Shown in pieces: positions 23,979-36,331 of a stretch of 36,514 nt of DNA. Origin of the DNA: Catajapyx aquilonaris (taxonomy: Eukaryota); assembly GCA_000934665.2 (NCBI GenBank), contig KZ539020.1, positions 1 through 36,514 of the forward strand, given 5' to 3'. Under the pieces are notes generated by a model. It saw nothing but the letters and a program-made list of their open reading frames with translations. It searched no databases and was not told where the DNA came from. Positions within the stretch are counted from its first letter, which is position 1. The number at the start of each line of letters is the position of its first letter. The position numbers and the translations under genes were made by a program.

Positions 23979-25685
23979 TGTTGGCAATGAATAATAAAAT
24001 TCGGGGTAGGACACAATGTTGTCCAAGAAATACGCTGGCACAATCTCACCCGTTTTACGGTATCACTTTTGAATTTTTAAAATTGGTCAGTAATTTTAAT
24101 ATGGCCATAAGAAAGATCTAAATACTAACTATGTGACAGTTATATATTACAAGTACGTTCATGTTATCATATTAATTGATAACTCGTATTCCTCGTAAAA
24201 ATTAATTTTTGAATTACTCGACATCTCCACGTGTTTGTTCCCTGATGATAAAATTCATTATAGAAAAACTTATAACTTACTTCATGACACACTACATTAT
24301 CGTAGCCTGTGAGTTTCAATACTATCGGTTCCTACGGATCAAGGAACCCTTTCTTGTAAAATAGAAGCGGCATGGATTCAACTATGCTTATCTGTTAATG
24401 ACTAAAGGCAAACAACAACATCGCATTTTTCATATTATTATACTGCACACTATCAGCGTTTTTAAAAAAAACATTGCTTTTGCTTTCAAGTCTTGTTTTA
24501 TATAATTATTGTGAAAATACTGTAGTATGCCCCGTTGCTTGCAGCACGTTACAGTAAAACATACTGATATGACAGCAAAGTGTACGCAGCTCAAAGGCAT
24601 TCATTTCCAATTTTGCCAACTTTTATCTTCCATTTCCAACTGTTAACAAAAAGTGCTTGTTACTATAGCCTACTACAGTTACATTAAAAAAATTACACTA
24701 ATCTTTTTTGTTCCCTTCTGTTGTAATAATAGACTGTCTTTGGTTCAAAACTTTTGCATCAGGCACACTGGCACAGTAAAAACACAAACAGGTGTCCTCA
24801 TCGCAAATAATAAGCTCATCACAATAAAGGCTCGGACTATCATGGCTCACCGCAACATAAAGGCAGGGTATGTTAGGCTTATACTGAATGTGGTTGTCAA
24901 ACTGGCATTGACTAGCCATGAGTGCAACATGCAAATGCCATGTCCTAAAAAATTCAGCGGGTGTAAAATGCAAAGATTGGAAGACGTAGGAATGCAATTA
25001 AACCTAATGTAACTGCCATCCACATCCCAAGGAATATTGACGAGTTCCAGCGTTTTCGCCATCTGACAGCCAAAACAATAAATTTCTTCCTTTGAATAAT
25101 GTTTCAAGTTCTTTCTTTCCATGTCACGTTGAACAAGATAAGGGAATAAGGGTTTCCATATCATGCGCCCCAAATAAATGGCACCACGATCCCCACTCTC
25201 GCGCAAGTTTGAAAAAGCTTATTAAAGTACATCACTTCATTATGCATAATCTTGTCAGGCTGGCGTTCTTATTAAGTAATGTGATGTCATGCAACGCCCA
25301 CACATTTAACGCTAGAAATTACTCCGTTACTGTGCAGTCTGCAGTCAACAAAACTTGACATAGGACAAAGAACTTAGGCCATGGGTCATGAACCCTGTAT
25401 TATCAGCTGAACACGTTTTGAAGATGTTTTTTTAAAAGAAAAAATTTATTACAATCCATCCAGCTTAATTTCTTGTAAAAATTAAAGACTCGACAGTATT
25501 TACGAAATCTGCAAAACGTAGGATTCTTGCCAAAGTATATCTTGAAAGGACTTATTCTTAATTGTTGTTTATTACGACCAACCGCAGATCACGACTACAC
25601 AGTGACGATTCTGTGAATATAAACACCTCTTTACTTCTCTTCCAAATTTTGGATTGTGCAATACACTCATGATATTGTCAAATGG

Positions 25686-26150
25686 GGGAAGGTGTGGTGG
25701 CCGAGATGGTAACGTCTTGGCTTGCTGAGTGAAAGATCCCAGGTTCGATCCCCGCCTGGGAGTTCCCTTTCACCTTTGGGGGTCACCTTTGGAGGTGTCT
25801 GGCAACCTAACCTCCTCGGGGATTGCACATGGCCCAACCTTGAGACATTGCACTTGCACCCGTGTCCCCTCCCCAAAAATCCATATCCTCTCCCATTGTC
25901 CTGTTTCCTTGCACAGGAGATTGAAGAAAAAGTACAAGAAAATTGATGGTGGTGTACTATGGGGCTCAAATTCTTTTGGCCACTTTATCCTGGCCTTGAA
26001 GCAACCCTTCACACAGGCCCCATGGTGAAGAAGTGGGTGCGTGTGAAGGGTTGGTTCAAGACCAGGATAAAGTGGCCTAAAAAATTTGAGACCCATAGTA
26101 CCACCCCCCAAAAAGGCCTATGTAGGCCTATCACTGGGTAAAATAAATAA
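25686..26150 (+). mobile_element. tRNA-derived SINE, family A copy 2, interrupted by a MITE
   Basis: Colinear with the copy at 4406. A/B boxes TGGCCGAGATGG and GGTTCGATCCC; A-rich tail. Confidence 0.85.
25957..26098. mobile_element. Fold-back MITE (family M copy 1) inserted at TA within the SINE
   Basis: CTATGGGgCTCAAATT...GGCCACTTTATCCTGG is mirrored at the right end. TA on both flanks. Absent from the SINE copy at 4406. Confidence 0.88.
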
Positions 26151-27096
26151 ATTTTAAAAAAATTGCCAAATGAATCCCAATAATGTAGGACTTGCTTAAT
26201 ATGGACTGGCTTGAGCTGCTCGTAAATTGAGTTAATTTTTGGGCATATTTATGTAAGGCATAGATTAATCGCTATCAATTATTAAAATCTGTCTCGGATA
26301 CTCTGGCGAAGTTTATCTTGAGCCATCTGGTATATAATGAATACTAACAGACTTGATTCTAAGTTGAAACTTCCTCACATCTGGATTACTGAGAAAATCT
26401 TGTGATAAAGACCTGAATAAGAATGCGAGGCTAATATTCTTTCCTCCAGTGAAGAAAACCAATACCTAAATCCATATTGAATACAAAACAAGACATTTTA
26501 TACCTGAAGTACGCTGTAAAACACTCATTATCACCCACTTTTTCCGAGAACTCTGGTGCTGTATCGTAGGCTGAATTAACTCTCCATTATTGTTTCTACA
26601 ACTGCGCTTTCAACCATCTCCATACCATTGTCGTCATCGCGTAATTACGAAGAACGAGGCCTGAACAATCTTATTCAATATTCAATGATGATTCAAACAG
26701 AATTAGGTTATGGAGCGCTGCATATTATACAGTATAAGGCTGAGGCAAATTCGGTAGTCTTCAACGAGCAACATTGTTAAGTGGAAACTGCTTCCTTGCA
26801 CGCAGCATGCTCGGAATGATAGTCCTAGGAATATTTCCGTTACATGGAGCGAAAGTACCAAATCAGGCAGCCTCTGCTGCGTGGTTAAGAGCCTTCTGCA
26901 TGCACTACTACATCTAGTACTTTTTCTATACTGACTACCTGCGGGGTTTACGAACTGTTGCACCTTTTTTTTGTAACAGTATACAGGGTGCTTCTAAAGA
27001 TGTGTATTTCCCCGGAATATGTCAAGATAAATTATTTGACCACATAGTCCAGTTTAGTCATACATATCGATAGTGAGAGAAAGTGGGAACCTTTAA

Positions 27097-27492
27097 GGGG
27101 TCGTCCATATACCACGTGACCGTTTTGGGGGGGAGGGGGGGTCTGCTGATATACCACGGTTGGTCACGGGGGGGAGGGGAGGGGGGGGGGTCGGCGAAAA
27201 TTCANNNNNNNNNNNNNNNNNNNNNNNNNNNNNNNNNNNNNNNNNNNNNNNNNNNNNNNNNNNNNNNNNNNNNNNNNNNNNNNNNNNNNNNNNNNNNNNN
27301 NNNNNNNNNNNNNNNNNNNNNNNNNNNNNNNNNNNNNNNNNNNNNNNNNNNNNNNNNNNNNNNNNNNNNNNNNNNNNNNNNNNNNNNGGGGGGGGGGAGA
27401 GTGGGTTCCAATGGATACCACGGTCGGTCACTGGGGGGTAGGGGGTGTCAAAAAGTGCCCGAAAATCGGCCACGTGGTATATGGACGACCCT
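27097..27492. mobile_element. PIF/Harbinger MITE, family H copy 2, spanning an assembly gap
   Basis: TIR GGGGTCGTCCATATACCACGTG; TAA on both flanks. Homologous to 10228-10614. Confidence 0.85.
27205..27387. other. Assembly gap (183 N)
   Basis: Run of N between G-rich tracts. Confidence 0.99.
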
Positions 27493-28168
27493 TAATGTTT
27501 AAACACATTCAGTGTAAGTCCTATTAAAAATTATTGACCTCGGGGTTAAATTAAGACGATTGTCATAATTATGTTATGTCCAGAATTATATGACCCATGA
27601 CCCGACCTTTAATAAGCAAAATCGAGAATATGATACACTTTTACAAATCACATACAAATACGAATAGGTTAATGGTTTTCATGTGACAGCACACACTCAT
27701 TGTAATGCGGAAGTATAGTGATATAATTATGCTGGTGTAGGCATACTCAATTATGAGCGAAATGAAACTGTCGCTAACAAACTGGAACAATTTTCAACGA
27801 AAAAAATGTTCAAAATAATTGTATCAGCCGTTACCAACTTTTGTGGTCACTTTGCATTGCATTGCATTTTTCACTAGCTGAAAATTAGTTGTTTTAAAAA
27901 AGTTTTCAAATGGAACGGACGCAAATATCCATGCCCTACTCTTTTGATGAGTGGAATTATATATTAGTCGGCTGTATTACTAAAGAGCATACGAAAGTAC
28001 TTCCTGTTTATTTTTTTTACAAATTAGATAGGTCATTCCTTGCCACGTAACAATGCACTGGCTGCAGCGTATTTCGCTACAAGCAACAAAGTTCTGCAAA
28101 TATACCGTACATTATTTGATGGCAAGTAATACTTTGGGACGTAGACGATAAATAAAATGTTCGTTATA

Positions 28169-28337
28169 CAAGGTGCTCCAAATGCGTGGGTCGTTTTCAT
28201 ATAACTGATATGTGGGTCGAATATAGCAGTAGTTATATAATGGGGCACATGGTTAGGGGCACAACAAGTTACACAAAATAACTGCTATCAGGCGATACCA
28301 GTTACATGAAAATGACTCACGAATTTGGAACACCCTG
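28169..28337. mobile_element. Older Tc1/mariner-type MITE (family K copy 1)
   Basis: Imperfect TIR of about 40 bp, CAaGGTGcTCCAAATgCGTG/CACGAATTTGGAACACCCTG, with TA flanks. Confidence 0.75.
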
Positions 28338-29205
28338 TATAATAAAGGTCACTTCTCTAAGCTGCAGCATACCACATCTTGTTTCATTGTCTGCATTGCG
28401 AAGTATCTTTTCTCCACATGGAATAATAAGCTAATCGAACAGTCTGAAGGATTTAAAGGTCAAGCTTTCTCCTGACGCCGATTTGTGCCAGAACATACGC
28501 ATTCTGGTAGCGGACGAATCCCCTTCTTACTCTCTACCTTGTCCCTCAGTAACCGTAAAAAGAAAGTGACTAGAAGGCCAGCAGGGTACTCGCAGGGGAG
28601 ACCAATAGGCTAAAGTGGTTCAACTCCCGGTAGGTTTGGCCCTCTAGCGGCGCCGACAAAACTCCTATTGAATGATATCCTGGTGGGACCCATGTGACAT
28701 TCACTTGGCGGTGAAATAGGCCCTAAGTCAGTCTATCTTCCTCCCACACCTTTCCGCGATTGTTACACTAGTTACCACTGTTACTCAATGAATAGGTGTT
28801 CAGCCTATGTTGGATAGTTTCTGTGCTTTTTTCATTCATAGCATGGCTTTCAACAACTTGTTTTCACATGGTAATACTGTATAATCTCTTGACAGTACTG
28901 CATAATCATGCAATATGCATAAGGGTGAGATAAATATTCTCCGAAAACGTGATGTGGGAACCTCATGTTCGTGACATGCATGAGTGAAGATAAGCCTGAG
29001 ACGCTTCGAGACTATCATCAAAGAAGAGCACATGTGCTTCGCTGTTTTAGTGATATAATTTACGTGTTTTTAAATAAATAAGATAAGGCATAAGTGAAGG
29101 GCATTTACTCTAATGTATCTTTCTTTGGAAATTCTTATTATTTAGAATTTGGACTATTTAAGTACTAAGTATAATGGCTCTTCCTTGCAGTTGAATATGA
29201 ATATA

Positions 29206-29441
29206 CCAAGGCTTTCCAAGTTCGTAGGTCGTTTTTAGTGATCACTGATATCGCCCGAAGCTGTTATTTTTGTGTAGCTAGTTGTGCCTCGATCCAGGTG
29301 CCCCATTACTCCCAGGTGGTCGAATATATCAGTTTCAACATAATAGGAAATCTGGATCGGGGCACAACAAGCTACAAAAAAATAACAGGTTCGAGTGAAA
29401 TTTCCTATAACTAAAAGGCCCCACGAACTTGGAACACCCTG
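29206..29441. mobile_element. Older Tc1/mariner-type MITE (family K relative)
   Basis: Ends CACGAACTTGGAACACCCTG|TA. Shares GGGGCACAACAAG.TACA.AAAATAAC with 28169-28337 and shows fold-back symmetry. Confidence 0.7.
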
Positions 29442-29990
29442 TATTATACGTGGATTTCATAAGAGCCAAATGATATCATGTTTCCAGTGTCACTGTCACT
29501 GACTTAGCATTGACAACAATAATTGTTGTCATTGCTTCATAAATTATTATGAAGCTGTAATGCAAAATCCAGGTTCTCCAAGGAGCAAAATTTCGTTAGA
29601 GATGGCATGACGATTTTCCCAAATAAGCTAGCTTTAACACAATCAAGTCCGTTAATAAAGCCATCTTTCGTAACTCATAGGCTGTGGAAAGTTAAGTTGT
29701 CGAACAAAATGCAGTCTGTCCACAATAACGGGCCTATTTGTCTCCTATAGGTGATAGTCAGAAGAGTTTTTCCATACACCGTGGCACACCCTTGATGACT
29801 GATGTAACATGGAAGCTCCAAACATCTGTGTTTATTTGAACGCTATTTTCATAAGGTGTCAGCTAATAATATATTTGACATGGGGAGGGAAAACTGCATT
29901 TTCAAACAGGAGCTCCACATAATAATATTTATTGGCTATGTCATTATTTTGGTACTGTACCTATGTGCTCTACTTGTATATCAGAATGTA

Positions 29991-30493
29991 CTATCGGGTT
30001 CAAATACTACTTTTGGCCACTTTATCCTGGTCTTGAAGCAACCCTTTGCGCAGACCCCACGTTAAGGAGGTTTGTGTGTGTATTCTTGTCTTCAATAAGG
30101 TGTGGGGACGGAAACTGGTTTGTTACTGTAACTCTGGGGACGTTGACCCAATTGTGGGGACATTTTAGGTCCCCACAGGGCCAAACAGCGTCACACACGA
30201 GAATATTACCGTTACTGTGGGGACATGTCCCCACTATTTCGTTTTGCACGTTTTCACAAAAGTCCATTTCTCTCAGCCTAGGTTAGTTAGGGTAGGGTAG
30301 GGTAGGGTAGGGTAGGGTAGGGTAGGGTAGGGTAGGGTAGGGTAGAGTAGGTTAGGTTAGTTTACACTCGCATTGAAAAGTTGTCTTTTTCACATCCCCA
30401 CACCTTAGTGAAAACAGGTCTGGGTGTGTGTGTGTGTGTGAAGGGTTGCTTCAAGACCAGGATAAAGTGGCCAAAAGTATTTGAACCCGATAG
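29991..30493. mobile_element. Fold-back MITE (family M copy 2) carrying a nested insertion
   Basis: CTATCGGGTTCAAATAC...TTTTGGCCACTTTATCCTGGTCTTGAAGCAACCCTT is mirrored at the right end. gTAc context on both sides. Confidence 0.88.
30082..30423. mobile_element. Nested element sitting in a (TG)n tract, with subterminal inverted repeats and (GGTAG)n
   Basis: Inverted repeat 30085-30108/30395-30418; internal GTGGGGAC/GTCCCCAC hairpins; pentamer repeat at about 30284-30360; TG runs on both sides. Absent from family M copy 1. Confidence 0.75.
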
Positions 30494-31659
30494 TACTTCT
30501 GACAGCTTCAAAGCGCAGCCTTGTGATTAATAATGTATTCATACTTATCTACTTCCGATTATTACTGTCTTGTGATTCCGGAATCCCAATATCTCATATG
30601 GGACCCAACATTGATAAAATATTTCTCAGGGAAATATTTTATAACAAATTATTTTAGAAATACATTTTATGAACAATGCGCCAACCATGATCTGTAAGTT
30701 TCCTCTTCCTCTTCCCCTCTTTTCCCCGTTGCTAGGTAACAAAACATGGTAATCCCAGATGAATAGGGAGGAATGAGTATCACAAGGGGTTTTTAAAACC
30801 TGGTTTCTACCCTAGCCGTCCCCGGTGTGAGCACACTGCTTTTCTAAGGCCCCTACGGCCGTCTCCTGTGATCACAACCTATCATGATGCAAAGCTTGGT
30901 GTTACTGGCTCCGAAGTTGGTTACTATAAAATTTTGACATTAAGCTTTTCCATTTATTAGGAAGTTTCTCTCGAACTTAATGTTACTTTTTCATATTAGT
31001 TGGAATGGAAGCATCTTTGCTAGCCATTTGTAAAATGAGGTTCAATCCTTGACCTTATATTACGTGATGGTTTCTCCTTAAATTTTTTTACTTCGTCTCC
31101 TTTTGTAAATGTTCATCATGGCGGCTCCCGTTTGTAATACTTTCTGCCAGTAAAAGTAACAGCTTAATAATGTAAATTCGTGCTATACCTACTTGGGCAG
31201 CGTATGGTTTCTTTTAATGGACACTAGCTTTACTGAACTACTAATTGTTGATGCACCGCTTCAGTGGGAAGAAACGAGAGAACTATGAGAAAACCCCACG
31301 AAAGCACAGAGAGTTCTCATCGTAAACACTGTCCACATGATAATTTCGTCGCCCTTTTGGGGAACGAGCTCTGGACTTTTGAAGTGGAAATGTAGTGGTG
31401 TGCGTTACCCTGTAACTGCCGCATACAAAGAAGTTTAATGCCAAAACAACTTTATAGCACCTAAACTGACAGGACGAACTGTGAGAGAATACCTCATATA
31501 ATGTGCCGCATCAGTGATGAAGCACTTCGGGGCTGTCCATTTCTGCTAGATTGGAGAAAAGCCCGTCATGTGGGGCTGGCACTACGGTGAGTGCAAATTT
31601 TAATAGCAATATTAGCTTTCAGAAAAAAAACGCTTCCATACATGCAATAATTCTTATGA

Positions 31660-32120
31660 TGTTATGCAATATGCTGTGCTGCACCTGGGAAAAACAGAGG
31701 CCAATCTACTGTACACGATTCTCCTGCTAGTGAAAGAGGAAAGTGCACACACTGCATTGCGTAGTCCGCATGAGCAGACTACTGTAAAATTCTTGAAATG
31801 TGGCGAAGGTCCATTCTAGATTGACGCAATGATGAGAGTCTCGTGTATACCACGTAAAAGCAGCCGAAGAAGTTGGGCCCAGAGGATTTGAGCTCCGGTT
31901 ACAAAATGTGGAAAAACAAGTGCATCAGCTGCTATCGCTGTTCCTGCTCCTCCGCAGTCATGACGTCTTTTTCTGCGAATGAGGCAGAGATGAAACGGGA
32001 CGCACTTAGCCGGCAACGGAGCAAATATACGTCCTCGTCAGCTAACCGGCTGCAAAATCTTGTGCCTTCCCTTCACACTTTATTGCAACTTGACCGCCTG
32101 GAAAAGTAGGTGGAGGAATG
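31660..32120 (+). mobile_element. Decayed CR1-like RT C-terminal fragment
   Basis: Interrupted translations AVLHLGK...Y, HC...KILEMWRRSI and LQLDRLEK follow the order of the CR1 motifs C.VLHLG, C...A..ILG.IRRS and L.L..LEKRR. Confidence 0.35.
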
Positions 32121-32368
32121 AAAGCAGTGTCATTTCTTTCCCACTTGCCCCTTTTCTGGGACACTTTTGCTCAAATGGCCTTCTTGGAGACTATTGACAT
32201 TTCTTCCGGATGACTGCAATCTCCTTATCCAGATATGCTTGAGTGGTGCACCATTAATAGGCCATTCCTCTCCTGAAATACCGTCAGTTTCCTGATTTCA
32301 TTGATGCTGGTTTACAGTTAGACAAATGCTTGTGTAATAATGCACAGGATGCTAACAAATTTATTAGA

Positions 32369-32851
32369 CTAGCCCCGTCTCCGGCCGTCTCACAACCCTA
32401 TATACAGGGTGTTTCAACTTTTTTGTCCGAACAGTTATCGGAAAGTTGCACGTAGCTGCTACTTTGTAAGCAGTGACTTGCAACCGGGTGATTTGTCAGA
32501 GGAATGGGGAATAGGGAAAAAGAGGGTCACACATCCCATGACATATGTGTCCCTCTTTTGTCAAGGCTTGACCCTCAATTTTCAGCGGGCAGCACGTATG
32601 CCACTTCAACCTACGATTCGCAGGTAATATTCCCCGTTCCTCCGAAAAATCACCGTTTGCAAGTCACTGCTTGCAAAGTACAGCTACGTGCAATTTTTCG
32701 ATAACTGTTCGGACAAAAAAGTTGAAACACCCTGTACAACCTGAAACCTCTCTCTAGGTCCACCACCCGACACTCCCCCCCGCATCAACGCCATCTCTCG
32801 GCAAAACTGCCAACTCACAAACTCCATCTTGCGAATGCAGTGGATGTCACA
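32369..32851. repeat. Dispersed repeat, copy 2 (homologue of 1385-1554), split by a MITE
   Basis: Both flanks of the MITE at 32405-32734 align colinearly to 1385-1554. Confidence 0.65.
32405..32734. mobile_element. Tc1/mariner-type MITE with long TIRs (family L copy 1)
   Basis: TIR of about 80 bp starting CAGGGTGTTTCAACTTTTTTGTCCGAACAGTTATCG; TA flanks. Confidence 0.92.
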
Positions 32852-32889
32852 AAATTTTGTCGAGCAAGAGTGGATTACAATTATTTTGA

Positions 32890-33250
32890 TGTGACGCGTG
32901 AGGCTGCAGTCCAGTGATTACATATTGTCAGAAGAGAGTGACGTATGATGGTGAGAGGCAGTGCATCAGCAGTGGCAACACTAGTAGGATCCAGAGCAAG
33001 CAAGTTGATTATTTGGGGGAGGCGGCAGACTTGTGCGGTGCGGCCCCGGGAAGTTGTTGGTCCGTGGCTAACGACGTGCAGACAGGAAACGCGCTCCGGA
33101 AATGGCATTTAGGGGGACTTGAAATCCTGGGAACCTTCCCCAACACTTCTCCCCCGTTTTCCCCTCTCCGGAATGTTTCCTCTTGGCCAAAAAGGGGGAA
33201 AAGCATCGCGGCGGAATGGAGAGCATGCACCACCCACCAGGCTCGCCAGC
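32890..33250 (-). mobile_element. Decayed LINE APE-endonuclease fragment
   Basis: TFRRGENGGEVL followed by VCRLP...PLTII...W resembles FRRDR..GGGVL, VYRPP and IIGDFN...W. Confidence 0.3.
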
Positions 33251-33845
33251 ACTTTGCTTACTGAGACGCCCAGCTCTGCTGATGCTGCTGCTCTTTTCCC
33301 TGACGCTCCATGTTCTCATTACTGCCTGTCCTCTCCGAATTTATTGCCACCATCTTTTTCTGCTCACCGCACCTGAAGCAACACCACAACAAATCTTCTT
33401 ACTTGCCCTCATCTATTCTCTGTCAGCTCAAAATCCTCCAACGAGTTTCACCAGCTTCTCTTTTTTTTACTTGCTTGATGGCCCACTTTGCAACATTTCT
33501 TCGGTTGCTGTCTCTTCGCTGCTCTCCTTCCGACCTTCTCGCTTCATGAATACCTCTTGTGTAACAATAGCTCACTCCATTCGTCTGCTGGTTGTGTTCC
33601 AAAGGTGATCCTCCTAAGCTGTCTCCGCTGCATTGTTTTTTTGCCCTTGTTCAGTTAGCTGCGCGTTGTGTTGTAGCCCGTGCGCATCAACGCTGACACA
33701 CAATACTCTGGAGTTCCGAATGTAACTACGAACTGTTTTGACACCGTACTATTAGCGTACTACCAAGATGAGGAGTTCTGGCAGATATTTTCAATCCGCA
33801 ATGTTGGACATATTCGTATTATAATTTTGTGTATAAAGTAAAATA

Positions 33846-34165
33846 CAGGGTGCTTCAACTTTTTTGTCCGAACAGTTATCGGAAAATTGCACATAGCTGA
33901 TACTTTGTAAGCAGTGACTTGCAACCGGTGATTTGTCGGAGGAATGGGGAATGGGGAAAGAGAGGGTCACACATCCCATGGCATGTGTGACCCTCTTTTT
34001 CCAGGCTTGACCCTCAATTTTCAGCAGGCAGCCACTTCAACCTACGATTCGCAGGTAATATTCCCCGTTCCTCCGAATAATCACCGTTTGCAAGTCACTG
34101 CTTACAAAGTAGCCGCTACGTGCAATTTTCCGATAACTGTTCGGACAAAAAGTTGAAACACCCTG
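33846..34165. mobile_element. Tc1/mariner-type MITE (family L copy 2)
   Basis: Highly similar to 32405-32734 along its length, same orientation, TA flanks. Confidence 0.92.
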
Positions 34166-35771
34166 TATACATGTGGCTTAGCGCGCATAGCTATGCCAGG
34201 CCGCCCTCCTTAAGCTTACATTCATTCTGTATACATATGGCACAAACTTTTGTTCACAAAAATGGAAAGGGATTCACCTAACAGCTACAGTCAAATACTT
34301 CCTAGTTATTGGGAAACAGTTAAATAAGCATAATTTATAATTGTTGTATTTCCTAAATTAAATTGTTGCACGTTCCGTTTATAAATATGCTTTGCAAAAA
34401 ATGTCATTTACTGTGCGGTGCATACATGCAGGGTCCTTCTAGGCATAATCTGGATTCAAACTAGGAAGTAGGCTATGCAAATGACAGGGCAGTGCGAGCA
34501 TTTGCGCTCTAAAACTGTCGGTTGTCCAGTGTCCTCTGCTGACGTTTGACGACGCTTCTAAAACGGCATTAGGGCTGAGGGTTGAAAAGAGTCGAATCTG
34601 AGCGCCGGCATAAGTAAACTAATATGGAGTCGAGGGTCCAGAGTGTGTGTCTGCCAGGCTGAACCAACACAAACCCAACTAATCCCGAAGTCTTATTGAT
34701 CTGGGTGCATATAAGAGTAGTTAAGTGGAAAATCCCGGAGTTGAGCACAGAAGCCGAGTCCATAAGAAGAGATCCACTTGATCCCGAGCTTGCTGGCAAT
34801 GAGATAACTCAGTCCATTACTATTCTCAGGAGGCAACTCTCCGCTTCATAAAAAGTTCCAGGATGAGGCTGGCAAAGATGGAGGCCAGCGCCCTTCAATT
34901 GTTTCCTCTGCCAATTCTATCAGGCAGCCTGTGGACCTGCTATTTGATATGCGCTTTTTATTTTGCTTGTGCGATCGGCTCCCAATGAGATGGAAGTAGG
35001 AAATCAACGGCGTGTTTTCCTACCCTTTACATTGGCACATTTCCATTTTGCTTCTTCTCTCCCCCGATTTGCAGCTTCTCCATTGGAATTGACCCAGGGG
35101 GCAAATCACCCCCGGTTCCTTCGTGGGAGGGAAATGTCATACTTCTTCGACTCGATCAAATCCTGACCTCGGCTGACTTGCTTTTGCATTTATGCACTTT
35201 TCACTGGCTGCCAAGAGGACGATAGGGTCGTGCTTTCCGCCGGGGCTGTATATATCGTAGCTGCACGCGCGAATGTAACAAACTGCCACAGCTACATCAC
35301 AATGTATGAAAAGGTGACGTTTATGGGGAAACAGATTTGGTTCAAATCACGCAGTCAGTGCCCTACTCCAACAAACTGGAATGGAAATGGCATCCCGGAA
35401 TATTTCACTATTCAAGGGCGCTGCTTGAATCTCATACACTATGATGCACTTCACGGCTTTTGCCTCACATTTTTATCTTTATTTCCACCCATCCACCCCC
35501 CTACACGGTTTCAGCTTCCTATCAAAAACTCTATTCCCCTCGCACTGTCTCTCAGCTTCACGCTCCAGCAGGTTTGACTTTTTAATGCTGGCATCACTGC
35601 GTACAACATAGTTTGAATAAAGTCGATCTCCAATTAAAAAAAAACACCATTATTGCTACTGCACCTATAGGATAGAACTATAATATGGGCTTTCTTCTCC
35701 ACTCCTGGCAAATGATGATTGCTTGTTGAGGGTTATACAGTATTATTCAGGTGACAATAGACAGCTTATGC

Positions 35772-35828
<57 letters not shown>

Positions 35829-35854
35829 CATCATAATAATAATAATAATAATAA

Positions 35855-35903
<49 letters not shown>
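35772..35903. repeat. Compound (AAT)n/(AAC)n microsatellite
   Basis: Direct reading. Confidence 0.97.
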
Positions 35904-36019
35904 CGCACGGACATTTACTTATTAATGTTTATTTATATACTGTATACTCTGTAGTTGAGGGAAGGGGCAGTATTCCCAAGATAGGGCACTCCTGGATAGA
36001 ATAGTTTTCGAGTCATTTC

Positions 36020-36197
36020 GGACCCTATTAAATCATAAGACGTTTTGCTCTTGGCCCTGGGCAGAGAAGGATTGCAAGTCTGCTCGGACAAGTCGGGTGA
36101 AAGGAAGAAAAAGAACAGACTAAGCGAAGGGGACGGGATTTGAACCTCGGACCTCCCGCTTGGCTGGCCAGTGGCTTAACCAATGTGCTCCACAAAC
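36020..36197 (-). mobile_element. Degenerate tRNA-derived SINE (3' limit approximate)
   Basis: Minus-strand A box TGGAGCACATTGG (36180-36192) and B box GGTTCAAATCCC (36135-36146). Confidence 0.6.
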
Positions 36198-36331
36198 CCA
36201 ATGAAAAATACTTTTTGCCAATTTTACTTGTACAGTTGTACTTCACAGATTTTGAGGAATCTCTCTATCAGTTAGACATTTCAACCTTTGTATTTAAGGG
36301 CAATTCATATGCAGGATATTTTTTTTAAATA

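Noticed and set aside
26984..27030. TA|CAGGGTG start of another mariner-type MITE
   Set aside because: No matching right TIR; the next CACCCTG (28337) pairs with 28169.
27083..27502. ORFs spanning the N run
   Set aside because: Artefacts of the assembly gap.
34570..35130. Further LINE endonuclease remnant or an upstream Ig exon
   Set aside because: Only a faint resemblance (HTLWTLDSIL); no Ig Cys/Trp pattern with splice sites. Too weak to call.
35751..35954. Poly-Asn ORF
   Set aside because: Translation of the (AAT)/(AAC) microsatellite.
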